Under the pieces are notes generated by a model, which was not told the DNA's origin, did not search any database, and was given only the letters and a program-made list of their open reading frames with translations. A stretch of DNA of 64,000 nucleotides from the NCBI GenBank assembly GCA_965231055.1, contig OZ246411.1:732500-796499 (forward strand). Direction: 5' to 3'. Both the position numbers and the translations under genes were made by a program. The first letter of the stretch is position 1; every line of letters starts with the position of its first letter. This DNA is from an uncultured Candidatus Saccharibacteria bacterium. Its GTDB lineage: Bacteria > Patescibacteriota > CALEFQ01 > G965231055. Below, one piece after another: positions 1-10,052 of the stretch.

Positions 1-30
1 AAAAGTTAATAGGGAAATAAATTAGAACTA

Positions 31-531
31 TTACAAATCCCCAATAGCAACTATATTGCTGGGCAAATCTTTATATGAAACTCTTACAATACCAACGGGC
101 ACAATTTTTTCATTGCTCTTAACTTGCATTTTATCCACATCGGTAAAAGTTTTCTTATCACAAATATAAACTTTTCCTGTTTTCTTTTTTGCCGCATCTA
201 TTAGATTTTGGGAAGCTTTGAAAAATGAACGCCCTTCTTCATCAATACCGAATTCGCTTTGAGATTCACTCGTAACATCTTCTGGATTAATCAATGATCT
301 AAAAATCGCAACTTCAGCAAATGGCGTTGCCCACACAGCAGATTCACCATCTTTAACTGATTTTTTATCATCGCTCACGAACTGATCTCCTTCTCTGGGC
401 TCTAATACATCAATATCAAATAAAGAACCATGAAAAACATATTTACCCTCTTTTTCAAGGGTAAGAAGTTTTTCTCTGCCGCTCAACTGTTTTTCAACTT
501 CATGGTTATTTTCAGCATTCATAAAACCCAA
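31..531 (-). CDS. hypothetical protein (166 aa), no recognisable motifs
   Basis: ORF track; K/E/D-rich soluble protein with no hydrophobic segment. Confidence 0.45.
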   Translation of the reverse strand: MGFMNAENNHEVEKQLSGREKLLTLEKEGKYVFHGSLFDIDVLEPREGDQFVSDDKKSVKDGESAVWATPFAEVAIFRSLINPEDVTSESQSEFGIDEEGRSFFKASQNLIDAAKKKTGKVYICDKKTFTDVDKMQVKSNEKIVPVGIVRVSYKDLPSNIVAIGDL

Positions 532-545
532 AAATTAAATTAAAA

Positions 546-2309
546 TTATGGAGTAACTATTTTTTTTCTTTTTGTGCGAATTGTATTCAATATTTCTTCT
601 ATGGCTTGTGGGGAATAAAACATATATATCTGCATACCTTTCCTTCTTCTTAACCCAAATGAATTGGAGTCTGGATTATTCGCCTCATATTTCCCAACGG
701 CTTCATAAAAAGCGTAGAGCGAAATAGAATCATCAGTTTTTTTCAATTCTAAATAACATTCATGGGCTGTTTTCCATCCCCCCTCAGGCTCTCCGATAGA
801 CTCAATAGTATTTTCAATATTCTTTGCTAGCTCTGGTCCAACACATTCCGCTATATTACTCTTCACCCTAAACTTACCAAACCATTCACTGCCATGATCT
901 TCCATGTATTCTTCCAACATGCGCTTCAATGTTTTTCTATTAATACCTAGTTTTTTTGCTAGCGCCTCGACAGAGATCCATTTATCAGGTATCTCGGGAT
1001 ATTTTAAATATTCAAATGCCTTGCTTTCGATAATATCAATTAATTCAGCATCAAGACGTTTAGCACTAGCAACATTTTCGGAGCGCTTAACCCAATCAGG
1101 ACGACTTGTAGTATACTTTTTTACAGCTCTATCTATGAAAGAACGACTAACACCCAATCGTCTAGATAAATCATCAACTGTCTCCCCTTTCATAGATGAA
1201 GCATCGCGAGAATTGATTGCTGAATCAAGTTCATTAAATAACTCTGGGCCAATATGTTCTGCTGCTCTGCCTCGAAGAGGTCTAAATACCTTTGTTGAAC
1301 TTTTATTTTCCATTTTGTCCATTCGTCTTTCGATAGTAGAAATATCAACACCTAACCTTTTTGCAGTTTTTCGTTTCGATCTCCATCCAGATTCAGCGAA
1401 TGGCAACACCTCCTTTTTCATAATAGAAATTAGGTCAGGACTATAGTACTCTCTATTTCCAAACTCACCCGATAGCTCTGGATTTGCTTTCAAATATTTT
1501 TCAGATAGTGAAATAAATTTAGCTCTCCTGACGTGTAATTGCCTTGATGCTCCTCTAGCACTAGGCCACCCCAATGGACGCTCTGACAGAATAGGAGCAT
1601 TTATTTCCTGGGCATCCTTGGATTTCTTTTTAATTTCAACTTCTTTTAATAGAGCTATTCGCATATCATCTTTCCATTTCACCTCATCGCCTGGATATAC
1701 TATCTTATCAACTCGGCCTTCAAGCTCCTGAAGTTGTTGTTTAGTCATTCCTGAATAATCCTCCCAGTTTTCTATGGGGTTTTCAATATCTTTGATGATA
1801 TAAGTGGCATTATCTTCCTCGTTGTTTACCATAACTATTCTCGAGTTTTCTGGAAGTATGAACGGTTGATAACTAAGCTCACGAACCATGTTGGGATCAT
1901 TTTTACCACTAACTACTGAATATGGAATCTGCATATCGGAAAGAAGCTCCATCAGAAACTGGGTTCTGGGGATATATTTGGGCTTTTCGAACTTGTTTTC
2001 TCCAGTTATAGCTCGTTGTATCTCTCCTTGATCTGGAGGAAGAATCACTTTACTTGATTGAATGATCTGATCAGGAAGTCTAAGATTCATTCCCTTTGAA
2101 ATTAGATCATCCACATATTCTTTGACTTTGAAATGGGTGAATTCTTTGCCCTTTTTCACTTCTCTGGTCACGAAGTCTCTAGCATTCAAAATTTGTGCCA
2201 TTTCAAAGATAGGAAGTCCTTCATGCAAATATCCTTCTATTTGCTTACTGGTTTTCATCCTAAAATCTTCTCGTTTTCCTATTTCACTTGATTGTTCTGG
2301 ATTGTTCAT
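546..2309 (-). CDS. paralog-family protein A: conserved ~200-aa N-domain plus C-terminal HTH-like W-repeat modules
   Basis: N-terminal 200 aa about 90% identical to ORF 39164..40945 and about 75% to 37492..39066; C-terminus has repeated modules of form P(D/E)GW..LA..LG(V/I)...TI.R...NPEWF...YYSPE.I. Confidence 0.7.
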   Translation of the reverse strand: MNNPEQSSEIGKREDFRMKTSKQIEGYLHEGLPIFEMAQILNARDFVTREVKKGKEFTHFKVKEYVDDLISKGMNLRLPDQIIQSSKVILPPDQGEIQRAITGENKFEKPKYIPRTQFLMELLSDMQIPYSVVSGKNDPNMVRELSYQPFILPENSRIVMVNNEEDNATYIIKDIENPIENWEDYSGMTKQQLQELEGRVDKIVYPGDEVKWKDDMRIALLKEVEIKKKSKDAQEINAPILSERPLGWPSARGASRQLHVRRAKFISLSEKYLKANPELSGEFGNREYYSPDLISIMKKEVLPFAESGWRSKRKTAKRLGVDISTIERRMDKMENKSSTKVFRPLRGRAAEHIGPELFNELDSAINSRDASSMKGETVDDLSRRLGVSRSFIDRAVKKYTTSRPDWVKRSENVASAKRLDAELIDIIESKAFEYLKYPEIPDKWISVEALAKKLGINRKTLKRMLEEYMEDHGSEWFGKFRVKSNIAECVGPELAKNIENTIESIGEPEGGWKTAHECYLELKKTDDSISLYAFYEAVGKYEANNPDSNSFGLRRRKGMQIYMFYSPQAIEEILNTIRTKRKKIVTP

Positions 2310-2468
2310 GTACTTATTTCTATAATCAATTTACACGAATATGCATCATAAAATCCTTTAAAAAAAGATTTTTTTATTAAAATCTTCTTTTCATCATCAC
2401 GCAAGATAACTAGATTTTGAAATATAGTTAATTATGAACAGAGATAATTATAACAATGAGTTATGAGG

Positions 2469-3395
2469 TTAAATACTCGTCATCTTTCTAATTCTCTCCA
2501 TTTTTTTATTTATCTCATCCTGAATTTCTGCGATGGCTTTTTCGTTTTTTGTAGGTTTAAATAAATGTTTGAAGCGACCTTGCATCTCAAGAAAGTTTTC
2601 TATTGGTTCAAGTTTTTTGGGATCGTAATTCAAAATCCATTTACCATTGTCATATTCATAAAGTGGCCAAAAACCAGTTGAGGTAGCTTTTTTAGCAATT
2701 TCAACTGTTTTTGCGGGTACATATTTCCACCCAGGAACGCATGGAGAAAGAATATTAAGGAAAGTAGGTCCTTTGGTTTCTAGAGCTTTTTTGGCCTTGT
2801 TATAAAGATCTGGCCAATTTGCAATAGATGCCTGCGCTGCATAAGGAACCTTGTGAGCTGCCACGATTTCAAAAAGCTCTTTGCGTTGATTGCTTTTACC
2901 TACCAAGGCAGTACTTCCCACGGGAGTTGTAGTGGTATTGGCACCATAAGGAGTAGCACTAGAGCGCTGAACTCCCGTATTCATATATGCTTCGTTGTCA
3001 TAGCAAATATAGGTAAAATCATGACCTCGCTCGAGTGCCCCTGAAAGAGATTGAAGTCCGATGTCATAGGTACCTCCATCTCCGCCAAAAACCACAAATT
3101 TCACATCTTCTTTTATTCTTCCCTGCTTTTTTAGTGATTTATAAGCAGTCTCGACTCCACTCATCGTAGCTGCAGCATTTTCAAAAGCAGAATGTATCCA
3201 TGGTACATTCCAAGAAGTAAAAGGATATATTGTCGAAGTCACTTCGAGGCACCCCGTAGCATTGGCAACTACTACCGGTTTATTGGTAGCGCGTAGCACA
3301 TGACGAACGATTATAGGAATAGCACAACCCTGGCACGTGCGGTGTCCTTGAACAAATCTTTTTTCTGATTTTTCAAAATCTTTTAGAAGAGGCAT
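2469..3395 (-). CDS. porB: pyruvate:ferredoxin oxidoreductase beta subunit (TPP-binding)
   Basis: CQGC near N-terminus and GGDG..D TPP-binding motif; 308 aa; adjacent to porA, porD, porG. Confidence 0.85.
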   Translation of the reverse strand: MPLLKDFEKSEKRFVQGHRTCQGCAIPIIVRHVLRATNKPVVVANATGCLEVTSTIYPFTSWNVPWIHSAFENAAATMSGVETAYKSLKKQGRIKEDVKFVVFGGDGGTYDIGLQSLSGALERGHDFTYICYDNEAYMNTGVQRSSATPYGANTTTTPVGSTALVGKSNQRKELFEIVAAHKVPYAAQASIANWPDLYNKAKKALETKGPTFLNILSPCVPGWKYVPAKTVEIAKKATSTGFWPLYEYDNGKWILNYDPKKLEPIENFLEMQGRFKHLFKPTKNEKAIAEIQDEINKKMERIRKMTSI

Positions 3396-3407
3396 GATTT
3401 TCTATAA

Positions 3408-4589
3408 TTATTTTTTTCCTGGATATTCGTTGGTCACTTTACCTTTTTTCAAATCATCAAAAACTTTTGCTATTTGACTTTGGGTTATTTCTCTACCGCC
3501 AAGTCCGTAAGTATATCCAAAAACTTCTGGGCTATTTTTTATATTGTGAAGCGCATTCTTAACTTCCGAAGCAACCGGACCATATGCTCCATATGAAAAC
3601 GATCTATCAAGTACCGCAACTCGCTTTGCGCCACTTAGTGCTTTTGCCACTTCAAGATATGGAAAAGGCCTAAACAATCTGATTTTTAGTAAAGCTACGT
3701 TTTCACCCCTAGCTCTCATTTCATCAACTACATCTTTGGCTGCGCCGGCAGTAGAATTCAAAGCAACTATAATATAATCTACTTTGGCATTTTTTGTATC
3801 TTTGCCAGTATAAAATTCTACAACATCAAAACTTCTTCCTATAATTTTGGCCAAAAACTTTGAATGCTTTTTAAATGAATCGTAAGCATTGCCCATTCCC
3901 TGCTCTCTTTTTATAGCATCTTCAAAATAGGAATCAGTTAGCTGAAGCGGACCCACTGTAATAGGATTTTTTATATCTAGAAGATTCACCCATGACTTGA
4001 ATTTTCCTATGAATTTTTGCGCAACACTATCTTCCAAAACTTCAAGATTTGACGCCGTATGAGAAGTGATAAAACCATCCTGCATCACCATGACTGGGAG
4101 TTTAACATCTGCATCTTCTGCAATTTTTTGTGCTACCAAAGAATTGTCATAAACTTCTTGAGGATTTTCACTAAAAATCTGCACCCATCCAGAATCCCTA
4201 CACGCCATTGAATCTGAATGATCACAGTGAATATTTATAGGAGCACTCAATGCTCTATTTACTACATGCATAACTATGGGGAGTCTGAGTCCAGAAGCCA
4301 CTCCAGTAATTTCAAACATCAGGGCCAATCCAGCAGAGGAAGTTGCGGTCATCGCTCTCACTCCAGCTGAGGAAGCACCCACAACGGCACTAAGAGCAGA
4401 GTGCTCTGATTCTACAGGGATCATCTCTGTGTCAACTTTTCCATCAGCGACATACTCAGCAAATTTCTCCACAATTGGAGTTTGAGGAGTAATAGGATAC
4501 GCAGCCACAACATCAGGGTTAACCTGACGCATCACCTCTGCGGCTGCTTCTGCACCTGTTAGAACCAATTTTTTCTGTATATTCTTCAT
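3408..4589 (-). CDS. porA: pyruvate:ferredoxin oxidoreductase alpha subunit
   Basis: 393 aa with typical PorA N-terminus (TGAEAAAEV..AAYPITPQT); operon context. Confidence 0.85.
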   Translation of the reverse strand: MKNIQKKLVLTGAEAAAEVMRQVNPDVVAAYPITPQTPIVEKFAEYVADGKVDTEMIPVESEHSALSAVVGASSAGVRAMTATSSAGLALMFEITGVASGLRLPIVMHVVNRALSAPINIHCDHSDSMACRDSGWVQIFSENPQEVYDNSLVAQKIAEDADVKLPVMVMQDGFITSHTASNLEVLEDSVAQKFIGKFKSWVNLLDIKNPITVGPLQLTDSYFEDAIKREQGMGNAYDSFKKHSKFLAKIIGRSFDVVEFYTGKDTKNAKVDYIIVALNSTAGAAKDVVDEMRARGENVALLKIRLFRPFPYLEVAKALSGAKRVAVLDRSFSYGAYGPVASEVKNALHNIKNSPEVFGYTYGLGGREITQSQIAKVFDDLKKGKVTNEYPGKK

Positions 4590-4961
4590 TTATTTTTTAA
4601 GTTCTTCTGATTTTCTATGACTATGATCACTTTTCTTTTTTCCATCACTACCTATTTTACAAAGATACTCCGGAGTCATATGTATACATTTCACAGGGCA
4701 AACATTGGCACAGATTCCACAACCCTTGCAAAATTCAAAATTAATAGGATTTTCTTCATCTATTTTTCCATTTTTTATATTCCAAATTCCCTCTGGACAA
4801 TAATTAAAACAAGCTAAACAATGAATGCATTTTTTAGCATCTCGCTGGGGCCTTAGAGTTCTCCATGATCCGGTTTTGTATTCAATAGAAGAACCAGGGG
4901 TTCTTATGGTACCACCTACATCAGTCTTTATTTTAGTTGTCTTGGTGTTTTCTTTTGGCAT
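4590..4961 (-). CDS. porD: pyruvate:ferredoxin oxidoreductase delta subunit (2x[4Fe-4S] ferredoxin)
   Basis: Two CxxCxxCxxxCP motifs (CIHCLACFNYCP, CKGCGICANVCP). Confidence 0.85.
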   Translation of the reverse strand: MPKENTKTTKIKTDVGGTIRTPGSSIEYKTGSWRTLRPQRDAKKCIHCLACFNYCPEGIWNIKNGKIDEENPINFEFCKGCGICANVCPVKCIHMTPEYLCKIGSDGKKKSDHSHRKSEELKK

Positions 4962-4962
4962 T

Positions 4963-5523
4963 TTAGATTGATGAATATCCTTCGTTAATAGCTTCTATAT
5001 TTGCTTTGGCAATTTTATCACCGAACTTTTTTACAAAAGATTTTTGTACGAATGCAGTGAATTGATCTATCGTCATATCTTTGCTATTTAGAATTTTCAA
5101 AATACTTCCCATCATCACAGCACTAGGCACTGGCTTACCTATTCTTCTTTCAGCTATCTCAGAAGCATTGATAGTGAAAACTTTGCCCTTGAAACCTTTT
5201 TCTGTTTTTACTCTTTCTCCTGAATCACAAGTATTTACTATAATAATAGTATCAGTACCCACACCTGCTGAAATTTCTGGTTCGTCTATCAGTGTTTCAT
5301 CTAGAACTATAACTAGACTTGGATTTTTTATACCCTCAACAATCCTTATTGGTTTAGAATCTATCCTGAGATACGTTTTCATGGGAGCTCCTTCTCTTTC
5401 GGGACCAAAATCAGGAAAAGCTTGTACATACTTTCCATAGCTACCAAAAGCTTCCGCAAGAATTGTAGCTGCGGTTTTTGCACCTTGTCCTCCCCTGCTG
5501 TGAAAGCGTATTTCAATCATCAA
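4963..5523 (-). CDS. porG: pyruvate:ferredoxin oxidoreductase gamma subunit
   Basis: SRGGQGAKTAA motif; 186 aa; first gene of the por operon. Confidence 0.85.
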   Translation of the reverse strand: MMIEIRFHSRGGQGAKTAATILAEAFGSYGKYVQAFPDFGPEREGAPMKTYLRIDSKPIRIVEGIKNPSLVIVLDETLIDEPEISAGVGTDTIIIVNTCDSGERVKTEKGFKGKVFTINASEIAERRIGKPVPSAVMMGSILKILNSKDMTIDQFTAFVQKSFVKKFGDKIAKANIEAINEGYSSI

Positions 5524-5536
5524 TGTAGAATATTTA

Positions 5537-6589
5537 TTATTGACCCACTAGCTCAAAAGCTTTTTTAGCGAGCATGATCTGCTCATCGGTCTCCATGAAG
5601 CAAATTCTCGCATCGTTGTAGAAAGGTAGCCCCTCTAGGACTTTTTTTCTGATTAAGTCTTCTTGTCTAGCGCCTATTGAACCGGTAAACACTATTATAT
5701 CAATATCTCCCAAAATACCAAAATAGCTACCTATATACTTCTTGATTCTGTAGAAAAACAAATCCACAGCAAGTTTCACATTTTCGTCGTTTTTACTGTA
5801 TTGTTCTAGTATCTTTTTCATGTCTTGATCATATCCAGTCATTCCAGCCATTCCACTTTTTTTAAGTAGCAACTCTTCTAGCTTTTTCATATTGAGATTC
5901 ATAGCATCAGCTATATAAAACATCACTCCGGGATCTATGTCGCCAGATCTCGTCATCATCAAAAGTCCCTCGCTTGGCGTAAATCCCATACTCGTATCTA
6001 TCGCTTTGCCATTTTTTATCGCAGTAATACTTGATCCTCCACCAAGATGACAAGAAATAATACTAGCTTTATCAAAATCCATCTTAAATTCTTTGCAAGC
6101 TTCTTTTGAAGCATATTCATGGGAAAGCCCATGAAAACCTATTCTTTGTATTTTGAGTTTTTGTGTTATGTCTTTGGGAATTCCATAGCTTGTTGCATAA
6201 TCAGGCATATCAGTATAAAAACCAGAATCAAAAACTGCTACGTGTTTTGCGCTAGTAAATATTTTTTGAGAAGCTATTATTGTGTCTAGCTCAGCTGGAT
6301 TGTGAAGAGGTGCTAAAATTGAATACTCCTTTATAGCCTCGAGCACATCGTCATTTATCAAAGTTGGCTTTCTGTATTCTATTCCACCATGCACAACTCT
6401 GTGAGCTACCAAGGTCACATCGCTTCCTTTGAGTTTATCTGACAGCACGTCAACAGCATCTCTATGCGTATCATAAGTACCACCTTTAAAAATATTTCCA
6501 AATTCTCCCGAGTCAATGCAGTTGAAATTCTCGGAATCATATAAACTATATTTCAAAGACTGGGATCCTGAGTTGATTGATAGAATCAT
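5537..6589 (-). CDS. ackA: acetate kinase
   Basis: VAHRVVHGG signature; start set at second Met (MILSINSGSQ) giving a 1-nt ATGA overlap with the upstream pduL stop; longest ORF extends to 6637. Confidence 0.8.
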   Translation of the reverse strand: MILSINSGSQSLKYSLYDSENFNCIDSGEFGNIFKGGTYDTHRDAVDVLSDKLKGSDVTLVAHRVVHGGIEYRKPTLINDDVLEAIKEYSILAPLHNPAELDTIIASQKIFTSAKHVAVFDSGFYTDMPDYATSYGIPKDITQKLKIQRIGFHGLSHEYASKEACKEFKMDFDKASIISCHLGGGSSITAIKNGKAIDTSMGFTPSEGLLMMTRSGDIDPGVMFYIADAMNLNMKKLEELLLKKSGMAGMTGYDQDMKKILEQYSKNDENVKLAVDLFFYRIKKYIGSYFGILGDIDIIVFTGSIGARQEDLIRKKVLEGLPFYNDARICFMETDEQIMLAKKAFELVGQ

Positions 6590-7179
6590 TAGTTTAGATT
6601 TATAATTTTGGCCATAGTTCCTTTTTCTGCCCAACAAGCATTGCCTTCATCAGTATCCAAATGCAATGCTAAGTTAAATTTATCTTTTACTCTCATCGGC
6701 ACTTTTTTAAAAACCAACGGTCTTTGATCAGACGCAATTTCTACATCAACAAGATCGCCATCAGCTACTCCTAGAGCCTTTGCATCTTCGGGACTTGCAT
6801 GAATGTGCTTTTTGGCAACTATCACTCCACCCGACATCTTGACTTCACCCATTGGGCCACGAAGAATTATCGGCGCTGATCCTTCCAGGTCTCCTGACAA
6901 TTTGAGCGGAGCTTCTATACCAAGAAAAAAAGTGTCAGTACGAGAAAGCTCTATTTGAGTTTTTTCTCTGGCGGGTCCCAAGACTCTTATATTTTCCAAA
7001 ACTCTTCCGGAAGGACCTATCGCATTTACAACCTCCCTAGCTGCAAACTCGCCTTCTTGGCTTAGGTCTTTGTATTTGGCTAGGTTATGGTCTGGACCAA
7101 AAAGTTTTTTCATATCAGAAACAGAAATATGCATATGTCTAGCCGAGACTTCTACTGGAATTAAATTAGATGTTTTCAT
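6589..7179 (-). CDS. pduL: PduL-type phosphate acetyl/propanoyl-transferase
   Basis: 196 aa with two-repeat architecture and SARHMHIS motif typical of PduL; directly upstream of ack. Confidence 0.7.
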   Translation of the reverse strand: MKTSNLIPVEVSARHMHISVSDMKKLFGPDHNLAKYKDLSQEGEFAAREVVNAIGPSGRVLENIRVLGPAREKTQIELSRTDTFFLGIEAPLKLSGDLEGSAPIILRGPMGEVKMSGGVIVAKKHIHASPEDAKALGVADGDLVDVEIASDQRPLVFKKVPMRVKDKFNLALHLDTDEGNACWAEKGTMAKIINLN

Positions 7180-8140
7180 ATTTGCTTATTTTTACTTTTT
7201 TAGAAATTTTGTTTAGCACTTTTTCGTTCACCAAACCATGTTGAGCCCCTATTTCTTCGGTTACCTTTGAAGACTGAATAATAGCATATTTGAGCGCTTT
7301 TTCAATATCTTCGTGTTTATAAAATGCCCCTATAAAAGTAGCGCCAAAAGCATCTCCAGTACCAGTTGAATCAACACTTTTTGTATCAACTATATCCACA
7401 TGAAAAAGAGTTTTACCATCATAGACATTGGCACCCGCTTCTCCCTCTGTAATTACAACCATTTTCGCTCCGCACTTGTGCATTTTTTTGGATAGAAATT
7501 CCATATCAGAGCTCTTGGAGCCCAAAAGCAACGAAACCTCTTTTCTATTAATAAGCAGGCAATCTATATCCGGCATTATGGACCTAATAAAATCAGGATT
7601 TTGGGATAACTGATTTTGTCCTGGATTAAACGCTATTTTAAATCCCATTTTGCGCTTAAGCAAAAAGATTTTTTCTAAATCTTGCTGCCAATCACCATGA
7701 AGCGAAGTTATATAAACCCATCTTGGTTTTAGTTTTTTTATACCTTTTACGTAAATGCTCAATTTTTCATTGGCACCTCTTGCTACAAATAAAACATGTC
7801 TTCCTTTTTTCTTGGTTATTAGAACCACTGACACTCCCGTATGACTGTCTTTATCTACCTGAACCAATTCAGTGGAGATACCTCTTTTATATAATTCTGT
7901 TTTTACAATTTCACCTCTCGCATCAGCACCTATGTTTATCATAGGAGCTACAGCCAAATTTAATTTTGAAAGTACAATGGCAGTATTCATACCCCCTCCG
8001 CCCAAATTAAACTCTGCGTTTTGAATTTCTATTTTTCTATCCTCATAAAAACTAAAAAGTGCGTTGCCGTGAGCTTCTGGATTGTTTACAATAAATGAAA
8101 CATCTTCGAGAGCACTTCCTATTGTTATAAAATCGTACAT
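7166..8140 (-). CDS. PfkB/ribokinase-family carbohydrate kinase
   Basis: N-terminal GG motif (NLGGGGMN) and C-terminal DSTGTGDAFGATFIGAF anion-hole motif. Confidence 0.75.
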   Translation of the reverse strand: MYDFITIGSALEDVSFIVNNPEAHGNALFSFYEDRKIEIQNAEFNLGGGGMNTAIVLSKLNLAVAPMINIGADARGEIVKTELYKRGISTELVQVDKDSHTGVSVVLITKKKGRHVLFVARGANEKLSIYVKGIKKLKPRWVYITSLHGDWQQDLEKIFLLKRKMGFKIAFNPGQNQLSQNPDFIRSIMPDIDCLLINRKEVSLLLGSKSSDMEFLSKKMHKCGAKMVVITEGEAGANVYDGKTLFHVDIVDTKSVDSTGTGDAFGATFIGAFYKHEDIEKALKYAIIQSSKVTEEIGAQHGLVNEKVLNKISKKVKISKYENI

Positions 8141-8149
8141 TATAAAAAA

Positions 8150-8467
8150 TTATTTTTTAAATCTTTTTTTGTCTCTGTTGGTGTTTTTGTCCATCATTTT
8201 TTTAAACGCATCTGTCAGATCAATCCCCGTATTATTGGCAATGCATATTAATACAAAAAGCACATCGGCCAACTCACCTGCCAAATCATGACCCTCTTCT
8301 TTTTTAAATTTCTGATCACCATATGTTCGAGATATAATCCTAGCAACCTCGCCAACTTCTTCTGTTAACTGTGCTAGCTGAGTCATCTCTGAAAAATATC
8401 TAACACCAATATTTTTAATCCAATCATCTACTATTTTTTGCGATTCTTTAATGGTGATATCTCCCAT
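8150..8467 (-). CDS. MazG-like nucleotide pyrophosphohydrolase (small single-domain)
   Basis: E..GE..R..GD..K/E..ELADV motif layout of MazG-like NTP-PPases; start placed at internal Met to avoid overlap with gpmI. Confidence 0.55.
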   Translation of the reverse strand: MGDITIKESQKIVDDWIKNIGVRYFSEMTQLAQLTEEVGEVARIISRTYGDQKFKKEEGHDLAGELADVLFVLICIANNTGIDLTDAFKKMMDKNTNRDKKRFKK

Positions 8468-8471
8468 AAAT

Positions 8472-10049
8472 TTATTTATTGGATAGATTGGCAAAACTAA
8501 AACCATGCATATCCTTTGGCCTCTTTAGTCCCATTAGATCCAAAATAGTAGGAGCAACATCTCCAAGAAAACCATCAGGAGAAACATCACCCAAATCAAA
8601 AATACTCCTACTCGCATGTTCAAACCCCTTAGCTACAATGCAAAGAGGAACAGGATTTATAGTATGATCAGTTTCCATCATTCCCGTATGGGCATCTCTC
8701 ATGGACTCACAGTTACCGTGATCTGCGGTAATAATAGTCGCACCACCCATATTCAGAACTTCATTTGCAATTCTAGCTACGCTATTATCAACTGTTTCTA
8801 TGGCGATTTTTGTAGCATCAATATTTCCAGTATGCCCCACCATATCGCAATTGGCAAAGTTTATAACTATGAAATCATATTTATTAGTAGCAAGCTCTCT
8901 AAGTACCCTATCTGTAAGTTCCCTAGCTGACATTTCTGGTTTCTCATCGTATTTAGGAACTTGTGGGGAAGGAATCAAGACTCTATCCTCTCCTACAAAA
9001 TTAGCTTCCACTCCTCCATCAAAGAAAACGGTAACGTGAGCATATTTTTCAGTTTCAGCTATGTGAAGTTGTTTTAGCCCAGCTTCACTTATCACCCTAG
9101 CTACTGGATACTCTACATTCACAGGATTAAATGCAATTTCAACGGGTAGATCTTTGTCATACTCTGTCATTGCAACAAATAATAAATCCTCCACCTTCTG
9201 AGTTCTTTTCACTTCATCTGGCAAGCTTGGCATAACAAAAGTCTTGGTTATTTGTAACGCCCTGTCTGGTCTAAAATTGAAAAATATCAGTGCATCTCCT
9301 TTTTCTATTTTTGCTATTGGCTTTTGACCTTCGCAAATCACGGAAGGCTCTACAAATTCATCAGTGATTCCTTTTTCATAAGATGTGGCCACAACATCCT
9401 TTGCATCCTTGTATTTTGGTCCTTCACCTAGCACCATTGAATTGTATGATTTCATAATTCTATCCCAATGCTTGTCACGATCCATTCCAAAATAGCGTCC
9501 TCCTATCGTAGCGATTTTGCAAGAACCAAATCCGGAAATAGCTTTTTCAAGATCCGTTAAATACCCCAAAGCACTTTTGGGAGCAGTGTCCCTGCCGTCA
9601 GTGAATAAATGTAAGAAAATATTTTTTATTCCTTTTTGGGTTGCAAACTCAATAAGCGAATACATATGCTTTTCATATGAGTGAGCAGCTCCGGTACCAA
9701 GAAGCCCCATAATATGAAGTTTGGAATTGTTTTTTTTCACATGCTCTTCTGCTTTTAGAAATGCTGGATTTTGAAAAAAGGATCCGTCTGCAATCGTGCT
9801 ATTTATCCTCGGTAAATCCTGAACCACGATTCTACCAGCCCCCAAGTTTATATGTCCAACTTCAGAATTTCCCGTTTCGCCCCAAGGCAATCCAACACCC
9901 TCCCCAGAAGCACTCAGTGTTGCACTAAAATAACTAGAAGTTAATTTCCTCAAGTTTGATATATTGGAAAGAGAGACCGTATTTCCTGGTCCATTTGGAG
10001 CTATTCCTAGTCCATCTATTATAGTAAGTACTACTGGGCGATAATTCAT
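8472..10049 (-). CDS. gpmI: 2,3-bisphosphoglycerate-independent phosphoglycerate mutase
   Basis: 525 aa, N-terminal VLTIIDGLG and metal-binding D/H motifs of iPGM. Confidence 0.85.
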   Translation of the reverse strand: MNYRPVVLTIIDGLGIAPNGPGNTVSLSNISNLRKLTSSYFSATLSASGEGVGLPWGETGNSEVGHINLGAGRIVVQDLPRINSTIADGSFFQNPAFLKAEEHVKKNNSKLHIMGLLGTGAAHSYEKHMYSLIEFATQKGIKNIFLHLFTDGRDTAPKSALGYLTDLEKAISGFGSCKIATIGGRYFGMDRDKHWDRIMKSYNSMVLGEGPKYKDAKDVVATSYEKGITDEFVEPSVICEGQKPIAKIEKGDALIFFNFRPDRALQITKTFVMPSLPDEVKRTQKVEDLLFVAMTEYDKDLPVEIAFNPVNVEYPVARVISEAGLKQLHIAETEKYAHVTVFFDGGVEANFVGEDRVLIPSPQVPKYDEKPEMSARELTDRVLRELATNKYDFIVINFANCDMVGHTGNIDATKIAIETVDNSVARIANEVLNMGGATIITADHGNCESMRDAHTGMMETDHTINPVPLCIVAKGFEHASRSIFDLGDVSPDGFLGDVAPTILDLMGLKRPKDMHGFSFANLSNK

Positions 10050-10052
10050 AAT

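Noticed and set aside
904-1446. Plus-strand ORFs inside minus-strand genes (904..1446, 2122..2325, 40614..40958, 49001..49480, 53831..54274 and many others in the track)
   Set aside because: They are antisense shadow ORFs of well-supported genes with low-complexity, Ser/Leu/Phe-rich translations. 2122..2325 and 40614..40958 resemble each other only because they are antisense to the conserved N-domain of the paralog family.
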